A stretch of DNA of 64,000 nucleotides, from assembly GCA_047284725.1 (NCBI GenBank), contig JBJBEO010000001.1:1720203-1784202 (forward strand), read 5' to 3'. Made by a program: the position numbers and the translations under genes. This document shows, in pieces, positions 38,916 to 48,036 of this stretch (its first letter is position 1; every line of letters begins with the position of its first letter). The notes under the pieces were generated by a model, which had not been told where the DNA came from, ran no database searches, and was given only the letters and a program-made list of their open reading frames with translations. The stretch comes from Synechococcus sp. Lineage in GTDB: Bacteria > Cyanobacteriota > Cyanobacteriia > PCC-6307 > Cyanobiaceae.

Positions 38916-39218
38916 ATGGCAGATGTAGTCACAAGCCAGGTGTCGGTGCGGGATCTCAAGTCCCACCTCTCCGAATGGCTCGGCCGGGTGCAGGCCGGTG
39001 AGGAGGTGGAAGTCACCTCCCATCGCAAACCCATCGCCCGCATCACCGCTGTGAAGCCTGCGGACTCGGAGATCAGCAACCCGATGCAACAAGCGATTGA
39101 GGCAGGGTTGATCAGCTGGAATGGACAGAAGCCAGTGATGCCTCCACCGGTGAAGCTCAATGATGGAGGGCCACTGATCAGTGACCTCGTGATTGAGGGG
39201 CGTGAATCAACGCAGTGA
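38916..39218 (+). CDS. Phd/YefM antitoxin
   Basis: VSVRDLKSHLSEWL..VQAGEEVEVTSHRKPIARI. Confidence 0.9.
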   Translation: MADVVTSQVSVRDLKSHLSEWLGRVQAGEEVEVTSHRKPIARITAVKPADSEISNPMQQAIEAGLISWNGQKPVMPPPVKLNDGGPLISDLVIEGRESTQ

Positions 39219-39640
39219 TTCTTTTCTGCGACACATCCGCACTTCTCAAACTGTTCATCAGCGAGGAAGACAGCGACGTCATGCTCAGGCAACACGCTGA
39301 CTGCACAGGCATCGCGGTGTGCAGGATCACCTGGGCGGAATCGATGGCCGCATTCGCGCAGCGCAGTCGGGTCAAGGGTGCAAACCAAACTGGACTGACA
39401 CAGGCCAGATCAATGTTCAAGCAGGCCTGGTCTGACTTTGCGATCGCTGAAATCACGCAACCACTGGTCGAAAAAGCCGGGGTATATGCCGAGGCATTCG
39501 CGCTGCGTGGCTATGACAGCGTTCAACTGGCAGCAGCTCACAATCTGCATGAACAGTTCAAGCTTCCGCTGACATTTGCCTGCTACGACCGTCGACTGAA
39601 TCAGGCCGCCCAGCTGCTTCAACTTGAGATATTGCCATGA
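39215..39640 (+). CDS. vapC: VapC/PIN toxin
   Basis: DTSALLKL..E; LRGYDSVQLAAA; FACYDRRL. Confidence 0.9.
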   Translation: MILFCDTSALLKLFISEEDSDVMLRQHADCTGIAVCRITWAESMAAFAQRSRVKGANQTGLTQARSMFKQAWSDFAIAEITQPLVEKAGVYAEAFALRGYDSVQLAAAHNLHEQFKLPLTFACYDRRLNQAAQLLQLEILP

Positions 39641-39776
39641 CCACCACTCCTGCCTCCACAGGCGGGATGGAGTGTCTGGTGAATCGTTGTTGCGCCAGAA
39701 ACAATCCAGCCACAAGCAACCAAAGCCTTCAGATCGTTGAGAAGCAGCGAAGAGCGCATGGATGAGCCAGAACGAC

Positions 39777-40145
39777 TCAACCGATCCCCAGCACCTGTTT
39801 CAGCATCGCCACCAACTCCTTCTTGCTGAAACTCTCCAAGGGTGGTGGCGGCGGTTGAACGCCTTCTGCCTCCAGGGCTTTGCAGAGCTCAAGCTTTTTG
39901 AGTTTGGAAAACCCCTTGATCCCGTGCTGTTTGCACAGCTGCCTCAACGTGGCCACGGTCTGCTGCTGAAAACGCCCTTGGCCAAGCAACGCTTTCGCAT
40001 CAATCTGCCCCGGCAAGACCGGAGCAGGCGATGCCACCTGAGCCGTTGCCGCCTTCAGCTCCTGATCGATCTCCCGCAGCGCCCTGGCATCCGAGGCAGC
40101 CACCGCTTTGAGGTTGGCCCGCAGGGCATCAGCGAGTTGGCCCAT
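39777..40145 (-). CDS. Rho-N/HeH-like domain protein, gene B of two-gene module
   Basis: TVATLRQLCKQHGIKGFSKLKKLEL matches the Rho N-terminal helix-extension-helix pattern. Confidence 0.8.
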   Translation of the reverse strand: MGQLADALRANLKAVAASDARALREIDQELKAATAQVASPAPVLPGQIDAKALLGQGRFQQQTVATLRQLCKQHGIKGFSKLKKLELCKALEAEGVQPPPPPLESFSKKELVAMLKQVLGIG

Positions 40146-40614
40146 CGCCGGTCTCCTCGAGATGAGATTGAACGGTCTGCTGTTTCTCCACCAGCACCTG
40201 CAGCTGCTGCTTGGTGGAGGTCCAGCGATTGATGAACCGGATCACAGCCTGAATCAACCGGCCGATGAAGCCAGCGCCCTGCATCGAACGGCGGCCTTTC
40301 TGATAAGCCCCGAACTCATGCACCAGATCGTCACCGGCATCTTCCAGTTCGCCCACCACATTGGTGACGATCTCCAGCATTTCGTAGGCCTCCTGGCGCA
40401 CGGAGGCTTCCCGGGTCGCGATCGCTCGCAACCGGGTCTCCAGCTGCTGCATCGCCTCACGGTTCCGCTCCGCCTTGCCGCGATACACACCCCGGCTCAC
40501 CATCAGGCCCCGGTAGCACCGGCGCAGCTCAAGGTACGCCGCATCCAGCTCTTCGCGTTCAAGCGTGTCGGGCTTGGCGGGGAAATCCCCCGTCGGCGGG
40601 AAGGCTGTGGTCAT
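40129..40614 (-). CDS. Coiled-coil protein, gene A of two-gene module
   Basis: PTGDFP...AYLELRRCYRGLMVSRG. Confidence 0.8.
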   Translation of the reverse strand: MTTAFPPTGDFPAKPDTLEREELDAAYLELRRCYRGLMVSRGVYRGKAERNREAMQQLETRLRAIATREASVRQEAYEMLEIVTNVVGELEDAGDDLVHEFGAYQKGRRSMQGAGFIGRLIQAVIRFINRWTSTKQQLQVLVEKQQTVQSHLEETGDGPTR

Positions 40615-40717
40615 CGGCCACGGACATCGGTTCTCTGAGCATGCAGCAAGGCAGGCGCCAATCTCCCCCTCTTCAAAGGATGTTCACCATGGGCTGGTGG
40701 GTGCCCATCCGGCGCGC

Positions 40718-41515
40718 TCACTGCACCGATCCCCCTTGATTCACCTGGAGAAAACAGTGCTCCGGCAGGCCTGATCCACGGATGCGGAAGCTGAGATCAT
40801 CCACCTTGCGCAGGCGATCCAGAATTTTTTCCGCCTGAGAACGATTACTGATCAAGGTTTTCGTGGAATGGGCAGCACCATTCCTCAACAGATTCACCGA
40901 GTTCAGTTTCTCGAACTGCGATTTGGAGGAATAGCCCAGATCGTCGTAGAGACGATGTTCTGCGCAGAGATTCAATAAATCCTTGAAATACAGGTAATGA
41001 CAGGGCGAATAGTTCAGCCCCTGATCGCGATCCCTGTGCAGCTGTTCCAGCCCTTTGTCGCCAATCTGGCCTTCCACCACCTCATGGCCCAGTTTGTACT
41101 CCACAAAGCGGGACAACAGCGTTTCCAGCATCACCACCTGCGAGAACACATACACCCGAAAGGCATTGCCATTGAAGTCGGATAAGCCCAGCAATCCCGT
41201 GACCCGCAGCCGATCGCGGATGAACACAAACGGCTTGTCGGCACGAAGAATCACATCCAAGGCCACTTCGATCGGCGTCTGGCCCGGGAGCATGTCTTCC
41301 GCCAGCACGGGAAAGCACTGGGGCCGATCAGCCCGCGCCTGGCGATACCAGTAGGTGGCGATCAATCCGCCGGGATGCTCATTGGCCACCGGCAACACAT
41401 CAAAATCATGGGCCGCCATGATCGCTTGGGCCGCCTGTGCATCCACATCCGTGCCGGCCATCCTGATCACCTCCCGCGGCACTGCAAGCATCTGGGCGTT
41501 CAGAGGCAGATACAT
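40718..41515 (-). CDS. CBS-like + HEPN (RxxxxH) protein
   Basis: MAAHDFDVLPV and VTGLLGLSDF (CBS-like); LETLLSRF, YLYFKDL, LRNGAAH (Swt1-like HEPN). Confidence 0.7.
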   Translation of the reverse strand: MYLPLNAQMLAVPREVIRMAGTDVDAQAAQAIMAAHDFDVLPVANEHPGGLIATYWYRQARADRPQCFPVLAEDMLPGQTPIEVALDVILRADKPFVFIRDRLRVTGLLGLSDFNGNAFRVYVFSQVVMLETLLSRFVEYKLGHEVVEGQIGDKGLEQLHRDRDQGLNYSPCHYLYFKDLLNLCAEHRLYDDLGYSSKSQFEKLNSVNLLRNGAAHSTKTLISNRSQAEKILDRLRKVDDLSFRIRGSGLPEHCFLQVNQGGSVQ

Positions 41516-41767
41516 CAGGGTTGAGGGAATGCAATCATCAAAGGCAACCTGTCAATCCCCCGCCTGAACTCGCCCCGAGGCTGCAGACGTCGACAGTGGG
41601 AGACCAGAGGTGCCGCTGAATGTGCACATGGGCTTTGATCCTTCACCCACAGATCCCGACACCCTGCTTCTGCGCCTTGTGGATGTGGAAGCAGATCACA
41701 CCCATGCCCATCACGAGCGTTAACAGCAACGACAGCACTGCAGGCAACTTCAGTCCCTGGGATCTGG

Positions 41768-42652
41768 ATGGCGTCCAACCCTGATCCAATCAACGGCCCC
41801 TGCATCCTCGGCATCGATGCGGCCTGGACGGCCCATCAGCCCAGCGGCATCGCCCTGGTGCAGCGCACCCAGGCCGGCTGGAGCTGTCAGGCCGTCGCCC
41901 CCAGCTATGAAGCGTTCATCAACCAGGCCTCAGGCCAGGCCTGGGATCCCCAGCAGAAGGCCACAGGCAGCAGACCCAACCCAGCAGCACTGCTGCAGGC
42001 CTCTCAACAGATCGCCAATGCGGAGGTCGGCTGCGTGTCGGTCGACATGCCCCTGGCCACCACACCGATCACCAGCCGACGGGCGGCTGACACCGACATC
42101 TCCAGGCGCTTCGGGACCCGGGGCTGCGCGGTGCACAGCCCCTCAGCCGAACGCCCCGGCGCCTTGGCCGATCGGCTGCGCGCCGACTTCGCCGCCCTCG
42201 GCGTCCCCCTGCACACCAAAGGCAGCGATCAGACAACCCCGGCTCTGATCGAGTGCTATCCCCATGTCGCCCTGCTGGCCTTGCTCAACTGCTCCTACCG
42301 CGTGCCCTACAAGGTGAGCCGCTCAGCCCAGTACTGGAGAGACGAGCAGCTGACGCGCCGTGAGCGGATCGCACGCTTGCTCAAACAATTCCGCGCCATC
42401 AAAGACGGCCTCGATGCACACATCCGCGGCATTCCAGAGTTCATCCCCGAGCCCTCCGAGGTGACGACACTGGCGTCGCTCAAGTCGGTGGAAGACAGAC
42501 TCGATGCCCTGATCTGCGCCTGGGTCGGCATCGAGCATCTCGAAGGGAGAACCGTTGGCCTGGGGGATCACACAGCCGCGATCTGGGTGCCGCAGATCCT
42601 GATCACCCCTGACCAACCCCTAACAGCCGGTGGCATCAGCTCCTCGCCTTGA
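41768..42652 (+). CDS. DUF429 family (predicted RNase H-fold nuclease)
   Basis: LGIDAAW, VDMPL, IECYPH, DRLDALICA. Confidence 0.85.
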   Translation: MASNPDPINGPCILGIDAAWTAHQPSGIALVQRTQAGWSCQAVAPSYEAFINQASGQAWDPQQKATGSRPNPAALLQASQQIANAEVGCVSVDMPLATTPITSRRAADTDISRRFGTRGCAVHSPSAERPGALADRLRADFAALGVPLHTKGSDQTTPALIECYPHVALLALLNCSYRVPYKVSRSAQYWRDEQLTRRERIARLLKQFRAIKDGLDAHIRGIPEFIPEPSEVTTLASLKSVEDRLDALICAWVGIEHLEGRTVGLGDHTAAIWVPQILITPDQPLTAGGISSSP

Positions 42653-42836
42653 GCAGAAGAGCCGATTGCATACGTCGTTCCTCGTGGGAGAGGAAGTCAC
42701 CCCACATGCTGATCAGAAAGCTCAACGTTTTGAGGGCCTTGACCTGAGCGTCCGACCCTGGCGCGGTGGACTTGAAGTCCATGAACATCCTGTCGGCGAT
42801 GGTCTGCTGCTCCCGGCAGCGGGAATCAATGGTCAT
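42636..42836 (-). CDS. Conserved hypothetical protein
   Basis: CREQQTIADRMFMDFKSTAPGS. Confidence 0.7.
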   Translation of the reverse strand: MTIDSRCREQQTIADRMFMDFKSTAPGSDAQVKALKTLSFLISMWGDFLSHEERRMQSALLLKARS

Positions 42837-42838
42837 GC

Positions 42839-43072
42839 TCAGGCCTCAGGAACCACAACGCCTTCGCTGCCTGAGAAGCGCACAGACCAGAGCTCCTCGT
42901 TCGTCACCGCGCCGTTCTCATCCAGCAGTTCGGGATGAACGGTTCTGAGCCCGGTGCGGTCACTCGGCGCCTGGGCCGAGGACGCCGAGGTCAGGCGCAT
43001 CATCCGAAAGGCCTGCAGCAGCAGGCAGGCGAGACCAACGGCGTAAGCCAGCGGGAAAAGACCTGAGAGCAT
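42839..43072 (-). CDS. DUF2973-like protein
   Basis: N-terminal TM; DRTGLRTVHPELLDENG..EEL..VRF. Confidence 0.75.
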   Translation of the reverse strand: MLSGLFPLAYAVGLACLLLQAFRMMRLTSASSAQAPSDRTGLRTVHPELLDENGAVTNEELWSVRFSGSEGVVVPEA

Positions 43073-43127
43073 CGATCACTCGGCCGAATATGAAGAAACG
43101 TTAACCACTGTTGGCGCCCATTGCGGA

Positions 43128-44150
43128 TCAGGACCGCACGCCCTCCACCACGGCCAACGAGCTGGCGGGTTGCGTCCAGGTCTTGCAGAAGGTCCACCCC
43201 GACGCTTCCAGCAGCTCGGCGAATTCGGATTCCGTCCGTTCGCGGCCCGTCAGCACCGACATCATGTGGATGTCGAACATCTTGGAAAAGTCGGACACGC
43301 CCAGGCCGGGAACGATGTATTCAGCGATCAGCACGCGCGCGCCAGGAGCGGATGCGGCGTGGGCGTTCTTGAGAATCGTGCAACAGGCCTGATCGTCCCA
43401 GTCATGCAGGATGTGCTTGAGCAGATAGGCATCCGCCCGGGGCACCTGAGCGAACATGTCGCCGGCCTGATAGGTGATGCGATCCGACACCCCGAAGCGG
43501 CTCGCCAGCAAAGCCTCTGGATTCTCCAGTGACGCCGGCATTTCCAGGATGGTGCCTGTCAGATGCTCAGTGGCCTTGAGGAGGCTGCACAACAGATGGC
43601 CAAAGCCGCCACCGATATCGCAGATGCTGCTGATGGCTTTGAGATCGAAGTGCTGCAACGCCGTGATCACTTCACCGGTTTCCCGGGTGGAGTATCCGGT
43701 CATCGCGTCATTGAAAATCTGCCCCACCTCCGCGTCCGTTGCGATCAGATCAAACAAGGGGCGACCGAACTCCCGCACGATGCCGTCGTCACCACCCTCC
43801 TTGACGATCGCCGGCAGATGTCTCCAGGCTCGATACATCGTCTCGCCTTCTTCCCAGAGGCAGGAGGAGCGCAGGCTGCCGGGGTGATCCGAGGCAAACA
43901 ACGCCCCTGTGGACGACACGCAGAAGCTCCGATCCGCTCGTTCCTCCAGCAGTCCGATGCTGGCTAACGCCCTCAGCAACCGGTAGGTGTTGGTGGAATC
44001 GAGCGCCAGCGTCTCCGCCAGCTGATCGGCACTGTGGGTGGTCGATCCGATCGCATCAAACACGCCCAGCTTGACGCCGGCGTGAAGAATCTGGCTGCGC
44101 CACCGTCCGGTCATCAGATCGAGGGCGTGCTGAAGATCGGAGGAGGCCAT
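43128..44150 (-). CDS. SAM-dependent O-methyltransferase
   Basis: DIGGGFG, GDMF, KHILHDWDD, GRERT. Confidence 0.92.
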   Translation of the reverse strand: MASSDLQHALDLMTGRWRSQILHAGVKLGVFDAIGSTTHSADQLAETLALDSTNTYRLLRALASIGLLEERADRSFCVSSTGALFASDHPGSLRSSCLWEEGETMYRAWRHLPAIVKEGGDDGIVREFGRPLFDLIATDAEVGQIFNDAMTGYSTRETGEVITALQHFDLKAISSICDIGGGFGHLLCSLLKATEHLTGTILEMPASLENPEALLASRFGVSDRITYQAGDMFAQVPRADAYLLKHILHDWDDQACCTILKNAHAASAPGARVLIAEYIVPGLGVSDFSKMFDIHMMSVLTGRERTESEFAELLEASGWTFCKTWTQPASSLAVVEGVRS

Positions 44151-44214
44151 CACTCACCAGTCAGAGGAGATGCGTGCTGTCTAGCCATGCACAGCAACGG
44201 CCACAACAACGCCC

Positions 44215-46395
44215 TCACCCCTTGATCTCGATCGCGGTGGGGAAGGGGATCACGATCTCCGCTGCCGCCAGCTCCCGCAGCAGCTCCCGGTTGATCCAGT
44301 CGATCGAATCCTTGAACGCGGTGAAGCTGAGCCCCTCGGAGAACAGGTGGCATTTGAAGTCGTAGCTGAACTCGGCGATCGCCAGCAGCCGGCAGGCCTT
44401 CAGCTCGAATCCGGGTGTGCGATCAATGATGCCGCGCACCAGAGCCGGGATCGCCGCCAGCTGCTGATCGGTGGTGTCGTACGACACCGAGAGCACGAAG
44501 TGGCAGAGATCCACCCGATAGATCAGCTGATTGAACGCCAGCGTCAGCGACTCCTGCAGATCGATGTAATCGCGCCAGTTCACCACGTGAATCAGGCCGA
44601 TGCAGCGCAGCCGCTGCGGCGCGCCCGGCTCCAGCTCCACGGTGAGGCAGGGGTTGATCAGGTCGGGCCGCTCGTCGGCGTAGCGGCGCGCCAGGGCCAG
44701 CAGATCGGCGATCTGATCGGGGCTGAACGGAGACGCGTCATCCAGCTCCAGGTTCAGCTCCAGGCCCTGCAGCTGCGAGGCGCCGGCGACGGGGGCATGG
44801 CGCGAGAGGTTGTTGACGATGCAGTCTTCCGCCACCGCGTTCGGGATCGTGATCCGGCCGGTGACCGTTTCGATCTCCACCGAGCGCAGGCCGATCTTGG
44901 TGAGGAAACCCTGCTTGTCGCCGATCTCGCAGAACTCCCCCACCCGCAGCGGCCGGTCGGTCTGCAGCGACAGACCGGCGAACAGGTTGCTGAGCAGCTT
45001 CGAGGCGCCGAGACCGATCGCCAGGCCGGGCACGGTGGAGAGGGCGAGCACCAGGGTGGGCGACAGGCCCAGCTGCAGCAGCAGCTTGTAGATCAGGGCC
45101 ACGGCCACCACCCCCGACACGATCCGGCAGGTGGGCATCACCCGGTTGCTGGTGCGCGACAGCCGCCAGACGTCCTGACTGCCCGAGAGGCGCACCAGGC
45201 CCTCCGACACCGAGCGCCCCAACGCCTCGAAGAACAGAAACACCAGCAGCACGAACAGGCTGAAGTAGGCGACTTCAAACAGCACCGTGAGCACCACCAG
45301 GGGCAGGCCGGTGTAGTTGAGGTAGTCGTCCACGAACAACTCGGTGGCCTTGGTGGCGATCACCATCGGCAGCACCAGCACGAACCGCGTCCAGGCCAGC
45401 GAATCACGCAGCCAGACCTGCGCCGCATCCCCGGAGTCCGTACGGAAGGAGCGGATCAGCTGCCGGAACAGCAGCGCCAGCAGCACCAGCAGCAGACCAA
45501 TCGCCAGCACCGACAGCGCCAGCCGGAACAGGGTCTGGCCGAACAGCACCTCCGTCTCCAGGCCGGCGCGCAGCCCGGCCGGAAGGTTCAGGTACCACTT
45601 GGGCGGGAACAGGCGGCCGGGGGTGTGGATGAAGTCGGCATAGAAAGCGCGGGTGACGAAGGCCTGATCGCCGAGATCCTCCACCTGCCGGCTCACCTGG
45701 GCATACATGGCCGAGGCGTTCGCCACCGTGGCCGCCGAGAAATAGAAGTTGCTGTTGGCCGCATCCTCCGCCAGCTGGCTGGTGAGCACGATCGAGGACC
45801 CCGGCAGCGTCCACGACTGGGTGTCTTTGGAGCGTTCGTCATTCAGCGCCTTCATGGCGGCGGCATCGGGAATGGTGATCACCTGCCGGCTGCTGTTGAA
45901 GATGAAATCCAGCACATGCTTGAGCTGAATCGCCGCTTCGTCCTTGAGGTAGGAGCGCACGCCGAGTGGGAAGAGCGATCCATCCAGCGACGCCACCGCC
46001 GCATCGAAGAGCACCTCCACCTCCGCTATCTCGGCCCGGGCCTGGCGGTTCCAGAACAGGCCGCGGTCGTTGAGGTGCGACGCCTCCACGTCCTCGATCA
46101 GCTGCCCCACATCGGCCATCACGGCGTAGAAGTTGAGCAGGGTGTCCCGGGGTGAGTCCCCCACCACCTGCCCCAGGGGCGTGTGCCGCCAGAGATCGGC
46201 GCGACGCTCCAGTTCGGCATGGAACGGCTGCTGCTCCAGCGGAATCAGCGGCTCGGCACTGGCATAGCGCTGATCCAGGAGTTGATGGTCTCGGTTCTGC
46301 GGACCGGCCCAGAGCGGCAGCCCGGAGAGCAGGCAAACGCTCAGGAGACCGGCCAGAAACGCAACGATCCGCTTGCTTCTGCGCACGCCCGCCAT
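44215..46395 (-). CDS. MscS-family mechanosensitive channel, large
   Basis: SPRDTL; GLAIGLGA..LSNLFAGL..DRPLRVGE..IGLRS..IPN. Confidence 0.88.
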   Translation of the reverse strand: MAGVRRSKRIVAFLAGLLSVCLLSGLPLWAGPQNRDHQLLDQRYASAEPLIPLEQQPFHAELERRADLWRHTPLGQVVGDSPRDTLLNFYAVMADVGQLIEDVEASHLNDRGLFWNRQARAEIAEVEVLFDAAVASLDGSLFPLGVRSYLKDEAAIQLKHVLDFIFNSSRQVITIPDAAAMKALNDERSKDTQSWTLPGSSIVLTSQLAEDAANSNFYFSAATVANASAMYAQVSRQVEDLGDQAFVTRAFYADFIHTPGRLFPPKWYLNLPAGLRAGLETEVLFGQTLFRLALSVLAIGLLLVLLALLFRQLIRSFRTDSGDAAQVWLRDSLAWTRFVLVLPMVIATKATELFVDDYLNYTGLPLVVLTVLFEVAYFSLFVLLVFLFFEALGRSVSEGLVRLSGSQDVWRLSRTSNRVMPTCRIVSGVVAVALIYKLLLQLGLSPTLVLALSTVPGLAIGLGASKLLSNLFAGLSLQTDRPLRVGEFCEIGDKQGFLTKIGLRSVEIETVTGRITIPNAVAEDCIVNNLSRHAPVAGASQLQGLELNLELDDASPFSPDQIADLLALARRYADERPDLINPCLTVELEPGAPQRLRCIGLIHVVNWRDYIDLQESLTLAFNQLIYRVDLCHFVLSVSYDTTDQQLAAIPALVRGIIDRTPGFELKACRLLAIAEFSYDFKCHLFSEGLSFTAFKDSIDWINRELLRELAAAEIVIPFPTAIEIKG

Positions 46396-46445
46396 CGCTC
46401 TATGAATGGACTGACGCTAGCCAGAGAGGGCGCAACCTCCACGCC

Positions 46446-47000
46446 GTGGCCGCCGTGCACCACCACCCCACAGCCCTGGCGGCGTCCTTCTGGCTGCTGC
46501 CAGATCCGGACGCCGCAGCCGCCCTCAGGCATCTGTCGGCCGCAGCCTGCCGCACGCTGACGGCCTGCACCCTGCCGCCCCACATCACCCTGGTCAGCGA
46601 TCGCCTCCACACGCCGGCCTCCGCCATCGATCGTCTCCGCCGGCTCGCCGAGCAGCGCAGCCCCGTTCTGCTCAGTCCCTCCGGGATCACCGCCGCCGAC
46701 CGGTTCACCCAGAGCCTGATCCTGCGCTTCACGGCCGAGGCCGAACGGGTTCTGCAGGCCTGGGTGCAACCCCTGCGCGACACCGCACCAGCGAAAGCTC
46801 ACGGCCGGTTCGATCCCCACCTGAGCCTGCTCTACAGCCAGGCCTCCCTGAAGCAGAGGCAGGCCCTGGCCGCCCGGCTTCAGGCACCGGAGGCCCCCCT
46901 GCGGTTTGATCAGGTGAGTGTGGTGAGCCATCCAGCGGCGATCAGCTCCCCGGCCGACATCGCCGCCGTCTCAACCCTGGCGCAGCTACCGCTCTCCTGA
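46446..47000 (+). CDS. 2H phosphoesterase (cyclic phosphodiesterase-like); start uncertain
   Basis: PHITL and PHLSL motifs. Confidence 0.75.
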   Translation: MAAVHHHPTALAASFWLLPDPDAAAALRHLSAAACRTLTACTLPPHITLVSDRLHTPASAIDRLRRLAEQRSPVLLSPSGITAADRFTQSLILRFTAEAERVLQAWVQPLRDTAPAKAHGRFDPHLSLLYSQASLKQRQALAARLQAPEAPLRFDQVSVVSHPAAISSPADIAAVSTLAQLPLS

Positions 47001-47008
47001 CGGGATAC

Positions 47009-47779
47009 TCAGGTGCGCGGGGCCTCCCCAGGCAGCAACGGAAAGGGATTGGTCTGCAGCAGCGGGCGAATGCCGAGCTGCTCGCGCCACGCGAGCAGGG
47101 GGGTCTGCCAGCCCTCCTCCCAGCGCTGGGCCAGCAGGGGGCTGGCGGTGGCGCCGAGGTTGAGGCCGTAGGCGATCGCCACCCCCACATCAACGCCTGC
47201 CTCGCCACTGGCTTCGCAATCGCCCTCGGGATTGCCATCCCCATCACTGACGCGGTGGACCAGATCGGCCGCGATCAGCAGGGCGCTGCCGGGCCAGCGC
47301 AGCTGTTCGGTGGTCAGTCCGTTAGCGGCCGCCTCGCCGGCCAGGGTGATCGGCAAGCCGGCGATCACGTGCCAGAGGTCGTGGGTGTGGCGGATGCGCA
47401 TCTGTAGATAGGCGTCATCCCCTCCGATCGCATCCGGCAGCTGCGGCGAGGGCAGCTCCCCCAGCCCCCTGGGATGTCATGAATCGGCCGTAGACATGGC
47501 CCAGAGATCCGGCCGGCATCGCCACCAGTTCTGGCAGGGAGGGCCACTGCCCCCAGTAGCGCTCCCGCACCAGCGGGCCGAGGCCGGATCGGCTTTGAGG
47601 CGATCGCGGGCAGCCTGGGCCACCTCCGTGGCGTAGGTGGCATTCAGAAGATCGAACGCGTGATCGAGATCAACCGGATCACTGCAGAGCGCGGCCAGGT
47701 CCACGGCCAGGCGCTTCAGCAGGGTGCGGTTGGTCGATGCCACAGCAGGCGCTCCTGAGTCGCCCTGATCATGCAACAA
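47009..47779 (-). pseudogene. Coq4-family protein with two offsetting frameshifts
   Basis: LVAMPAGSLG..YGRF lies in a shifted frame; RHTHDLWHVIAG...GEAA motif; indels near 47582 and 47465-47469, with TGA at 47477-47479 in the main frame. Confidence 0.7.
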
Positions 47780-47954
47780 CCGTGCAGCTGGCTGCAGCCT
47801 CGGCGATCAACGGCTCCGACAACTGCCACAACGCTGCGACCTGGACCGGATCCGCCCCGGCTGCGCTGGTCTCCACCGCCAGACCGATGCCGGAGCTGGC
47901 GCCGGTGATCAACAGCCGCCGGGGACGGAACGCAGCGGTCGAGGAGGAGGCCAT
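47769..47954 (-). pseudogene. Internally deleted SDR remnant
   Basis: RLLITGASSGIGL joined to ETSAAGADPVQVAALWQLSEPLI; both ends match the termini of the SDR at 57490-58488. Confidence 0.75.
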
Positions 47955-48036
47955 CGGCAGGTCGCGGCAGCCGCCAGACGCGGAGCGTCACGTTAGGCAG
48001 CACGGCACGATTGGGTCACTCCGCTGCCGCCCCCTG

